From an uncultured Candidatus Saccharibacteria bacterium (GTDB lineage Bacteria; Patescibacteriota; Minisyncoccia; Phycocordibacterales; UBA12445): a stretch of DNA of 64,000 nt. The stretch lies in the NCBI GenBank assembly GCA_964531375.1, contig CAZHDO010000003.1, positions 17,983 to 81,982 of the forward strand. The letters are read 5' to 3'. A program made the translations under genes and the position numbers. Below the pieces are notes generated by a model, which saw nothing but the letters and a program-made list of their open reading frames with translations, was not told the origin of the DNA and did no database searches. This document shows, in pieces, positions 60,383-64,000 of this stretch; the first letter of the stretch is position 1; each line of letters begins with the position of its first letter.

Positions 60383-60949
60383 TTACTTCAGAAATATTAT
60401 TTTATTATCTCTTAGTTCGCTTCTTAGCTTTTTGTAATCAGGAATCGCCATCGACACCAGATTCCAAAAACGAACAGAATGGTTAAATTCGCCTAGATGG
60501 CAAATCTCGTGAACAATAATATAATCAAATAAATTTGGCTTTAAATAAATTACTTTATAGTTGAAATTCAAATTACCGACCTTTGAACAACTACCCCATC
60601 TTGTTTTTTGATTTTTAATTGTTATTTTGCCGATACTGTAGCCATAGAGTTTGTTGAAAAAATCTATTCTGTCTTTAACTTTTTTTAAAATCTCAACCTT
60701 GCGGTCAATATAGTCTTTTTTATTTATTTTAATTACAACCCTATTTGAAAACTTTTTAAAATAGTTTAATTTTTTAAAAACCCAGTTAGTCTTCTCCTTT
60801 ATAAAGTTATTGACTATGTTTAAATTAGTATTTTGAGGCGCAGTAACAATAAACTTGCCATCAAAATGTATGGCAAGTTTTATTCCTCGAATTATTTTAC
60901 TTACCTTAAGTTCGTATTGAACCTTTTCACCACGGAGATCTACCTCCAC
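60383..60949 (-). CDS. YgjP/DUF45 (M48-like) metallohydrolase
   Basis: QKTRWGSCS, IVHEICHL, NHSVRFW. Confidence 0.88.
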   Translation of the reverse strand: MEVDLRGEKVQYELKVSKIIRGIKLAIHFDGKFIVTAPQNTNLNIVNNFIKEKTNWVFKKLNYFKKFSNRVVIKINKKDYIDRKVEILKKVKDRIDFFNKLYGYSIGKITIKNQKTRWGSCSKVGNLNFNYKVIYLKPNLFDYIIVHEICHLGEFNHSVRFWNLVSMAIPDYKKLRSELRDNKIIFLK

Positions 60950-60960
60950 AACATTTTAAA

Positions 60961-61251
60961 TTATTTATTTATTTCTCCTTTCTTACACTCACCTCTGTAA
61001 AATGCCCATTCTTCACAGTAGCTATTGTCAGAAAAGAAACAAAGTCCTGTCGCATTACCTTTCTCATCTGAGACAAATTCTGGTCGTCCTGCGTGCTCAG
61101 TGCAAAATACAGTTGCTGGATTAGACAAACTCTCTGTTTTTATATTTTTATCCGCTATTGGAACGCCTGTCGTATAATAAAAAATTACCTTAAGAGCAAG
61201 CAGACCCACAACAACTAGTGCACTGATATTCATTAAGTCCTCTTTTTTCAT
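60961..61251 (-). CDS. DUF333 domain exported protein
   Basis: SNPATVFC..G..GLC..CEEWAFYRGEC. Confidence 0.85.
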   Translation of the reverse strand: MKKEDLMNISALVVVGLLALKVIFYYTTGVPIADKNIKTESLSNPATVFCTEHAGRPEFVSDEKGNATGLCFFSDNSYCEEWAFYRGECKKGEINK

Positions 61252-61327
61252 CTGATTAACAAATTATTTAATAATTTATATGTATCTATATTATACATTA
61301 TTCAAATCAAAATTAAAAAGAAATATT

Positions 61328-62248
61328 TTATAATTTCTTTGGGAAAATTATTGACCCAACAAGAGAAGCGACCAGCGCTAAAATTATTACCAAAAATGAC
61401 ATAACGGAAGATATCTGAACCCCAACAATCCCAATGAGCATCTTGGCACCGATAAACACAAGAATAAACGATAACCCCTTTTGAAGATGATGAAATTTAT
61501 GCATAACATTTTCTATAAGGAAAAACAAAGCACGCAAACCCATTACAGCAAAAATATTTGAAGTAAATAAAATAAAAGGATTCTGAGTTATTGCAAAAGC
61601 GGCAGGAATAGAATCAACTGCAAATATAATATCTGTGGTCTCAACAAGAAGCACGATCATAAACAACATCGTAAAACACCACCGTCCACCCTCTTTAATC
61701 ATAAACTTTCCACCGTGATAACTACCTGTAAATGGTAAATATTTTTGCGCAAGCTTAAGAACTTTATTCTCATGAAAATTTACGTGCTCTTCTTTTTTGT
61801 CTTCGAATAATTTAATTCCTGTGTATATTAATATTGATCCAAAAATATAAAGCACCCAATGGAACTGACTAACAACAAAAGATCCTGCGGTTATAAATAT
61901 GGCTCGAAACACAATCGCGCCCAATATGCCCCAAAACAAAACTTTATGATGATACTGCTCTTCTAATTTAAAGAAATTAAACAAAAGCAAGATAACAAAT
62001 AGATTATCAACTGAAAGCATTTTTTCTGTAACATAGGCACTAAGAAACTGGGTTGCAGAGTCCTGTCCCATATAAAGAAAAATCAAAAAAGAAAAAGCAA
62101 CAGAAATCGCAACCCAAAACAAGGACTGGTATATTGCCTCTTTTGCCCCCACCTTATGAGCCTTACGACTAAAAAAACCAAGATCAGCAATTAAAAAAGC
62201 CGCAATAATAAAACAAAAAAGAACAAACAATGAATTCTGTATTTCCAT
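61328..62248 (-). CDS. TerC/Alx family membrane protein
   Basis: EKMLSVDNLFV, DIIFAVDSIPA, SNIFAVMGLRALFF. Confidence 0.92.
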   Translation of the reverse strand: MEIQNSLFVLFCFIIAAFLIADLGFFSRKAHKVGAKEAIYQSLFWVAISVAFSFLIFLYMGQDSATQFLSAYVTEKMLSVDNLFVILLLFNFFKLEEQYHHKVLFWGILGAIVFRAIFITAGSFVVSQFHWVLYIFGSILIYTGIKLFEDKKEEHVNFHENKVLKLAQKYLPFTGSYHGGKFMIKEGGRWCFTMLFMIVLLVETTDIIFAVDSIPAAFAITQNPFILFTSNIFAVMGLRALFFLIENVMHKFHHLQKGLSFILVFIGAKMLIGIVGVQISSVMSFLVIILALVASLVGSIIFPKKL

Positions 62249-62260
62249 ATATTATTTTAT

Positions 62261-62620
62261 TTAATTATTTGGCTTGTTTATTAAATAACCGAGTAAAATC
62301 AGCGCTAAAATTATTGCAATAGAATTTCTGCCAAACCCACCATCTAGATATTGAATAATTAAAAAAACTGCGGCCAAAACAGATACAAAAAACAAAAACA
62401 CTAAAGAGGTTTTGGGTATATCATCTGATTTAATTTCCTGTTCAACAATAATTTCTATTTTTTTCCTTCTTGGTATTACAATATACAAAGAGGAAGAAAA
62501 AATAAGGAAATAAGAAAAATAAGCTAAATTAGTTCCGATTAATCTAACATTAAAAAAGTTTATATATACAGAAAATGCAATGGAAACAAATAATAATATT
62601 GAAGCTAACCAGTGTTTCAT
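62261..62620 (-). CDS. Hypothetical membrane protein
   Basis: Four hydrophobic segments. Confidence 0.6.
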   Translation of the reverse strand: MKHWLASILLFVSIAFSVYINFFNVRLIGTNLAYFSYFLIFSSSLYIVIPRRKKIEIIVEQEIKSDDIPKTSLVFLFFVSVLAAVFLIIQYLDGGFGRNSIAIILALILLGYLINKPNN

Positions 62621-62714
62621 AAATATTTAATTAATTAACCTACCTTCATTTTAACCTTTTTATTCATCTTGTGTATAGTATATAATAATTAAACATAAAT
62701 TAATTGAAAAAAAT

Positions 62715-63677
62715 ATGAATGCAATTGAAATTATAAATCTGACAAAAAAATTTGATGACCTTGTGGCTGTTGATGGTATTAACCTCACTATTAATAAGGG
62801 AGAAATATTTGGATTACTAGGTCCCAATGGCGCCGGAAAGACAACTACACTCATGATTCTGTCTACACTACTCAAGCCGACGTCAGGTGACGCTACTGTA
62901 AATAATTTCAGCGTACTTGGAGATTCTTCAAAGGTTAGAAGTTCGATTGGTATTGTTTTCCAAGACCCAAGCTCTGATGATACTTTAACTGGTTATGAAA
63001 ATCTAAAACTCCACGCCCTACTGTATGACCTACCAATGAAAGCAATAGACGAAAAAATAGACGCGGTACTTGACCTTGTTGATATGAAAGACAGAAAAAA
63101 TGACGTTGTTAAAAACTATTCAGGAGGAATGAGGAGAAGAATGGAAATAGCTAGAGGTTTACTACATGAGCCAGAAATTCTTTTCTTAGATGAACCAACG
63201 CTAGGCCTAGACCCACAAACAAGAGCTAAAATATGGCAATATATTGAAGCCTTAGCAAAAAAGAAGAAAATGACAATAATTCTGACCACACACTATATGG
63301 AAGAAGCAGATAAACTATGCAACAGAATTGCAATTATTGACCATGGAAAAATAGTGGCGCTCGATACACCGGCAAATCTTAAGCAAAAAATCGGCGGAGA
63401 TGTTGTTACACTTTCGGGAAAAAATTTAAATATAGATGAATTATCAAAACTTCTGTTTGTGAAGCATATTGAAAAAATAGATGGTCACTATAGATTTTCT
63501 ATTGAAAACTACAGAAAAAATCTTCAAAAATTATTATTGGTCGCTGGCGAAATTGACTCCGTAGAAGCGCGATCCCCAGACCTAAACGATGTTTTTTTAC
63601 ACTATACAGGAAAAGAAATACGTGAAAGTTCAACCAGCCCCGTCGAGCGTCTTAGAATTATAAATAAGGTAAAATAA
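62715..63677 (+). CDS. ABC-2 exporter ATP-binding subunit (DrrA-like)
   Basis: GPNGAGKTT, YSGGMRRR, FLDEPT, TTHYMEEA. Confidence 0.93.
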   Translation: MNAIEIINLTKKFDDLVAVDGINLTINKGEIFGLLGPNGAGKTTTLMILSTLLKPTSGDATVNNFSVLGDSSKVRSSIGIVFQDPSSDDTLTGYENLKLHALLYDLPMKAIDEKIDAVLDLVDMKDRKNDVVKNYSGGMRRRMEIARGLLHEPEILFLDEPTLGLDPQTRAKIWQYIEALAKKKKMTIILTTHYMEEADKLCNRIAIIDHGKIVALDTPANLKQKIGGDVVTLSGKNLNIDELSKLLFVKHIEKIDGHYRFSIENYRKNLQKLLLVAGEIDSVEARSPDLNDVFLHYTGKEIRESSTSPVERLRIINKVK

Positions 63678-63681
63678 TAAA

Positions 63682-64000
63682 ATGAACATTCAGAAAAACC
63701 TAAAAGGAATATATGCATTGTGGTATCGAGAAGTAAAAGTATTCCTTCGCGAAACAAGTAGAATCATATCATCAATCTTTATGCCATTAATATGGTTCTT
63801 TGTTTTTGGTGAAGGCATTGGACAAATATCAAATGTAAATGGCAATTACCAACACTTCATCTTTCCCGGTTTCCTGGTAATGACCATAATCTTCAACGCC
63901 ATATTTAACGGTGCCTATTTGGTTTGGGATAAGAAAATAGACTTCCTTAAAGAAGTTTTGGTTGCACCACTATCAAGAACCACAATTTTTATTGGCAAGG
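63682..64000 (+). CDS. ABC-2 permease, partial
   Basis: MNIQKNLKGIYALWYREVK..FIFPG..FLKEVLVAPLSR. Confidence 0.88.
   Translation, partial: MNIQKNLKGIYALWYREVKVFLRETSRIISSIFMPLIWFFVFGEGIGQISNVNGNYQHFIFPGFLVMTIIFNAIFNGAYLVWDKKIDFLKEVLVAPLSRTTIFIGK

Overview
AT-rich bacterial chromosome segment (code 11, SD-less housekeeping genes, reduced enzymes), most consistent with a Patescibacteria/CPR (Parcubacteria-like) genome; the taxonomy is inferred. 1-22.3 kb is a minus-strand housekeeping block: dnaK, grpE, a short dcw cluster, lysS, greA, mrdA-mreDCB, proS, rseP, frr, holB, a second mreB, murA and ychF. About 22.27-47.28 kb is a ~25 kb integrated element with no recognisable capsid or conjugation genes, inserted by a large serine recombinase into codon 5 of ychF. 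The original ychF start (MLSIGI) is stranded at 47292, the element supplies a synonymous replacement start, and the crossover lies inside the integrase ORF, so its C-terminus differs between integrated and excised states. The element carries a replication module, a catalytically dead resolvase domain, a mini PolX, a defence cluster (Lamassu/ABC-3C with SMEK effector, SNF2 helicase plus type III R-M, DUF2779 nuclease, unknown genes), two ClpP-fold proteases and an ArdC-N/SymE-like/annealing-protein end preceded by a hairpin-dense non-coding region. 47.4-64 kb is host again (hppA, D-LDH-like, eno, minimal pyk, copper operon, TerC, ABC transporter). Seven scattered orphan transcription units share a sigma70 promoter + boxA-like motif + Shine-Dalgarno + terminator layout that the housekeeping genes lack.
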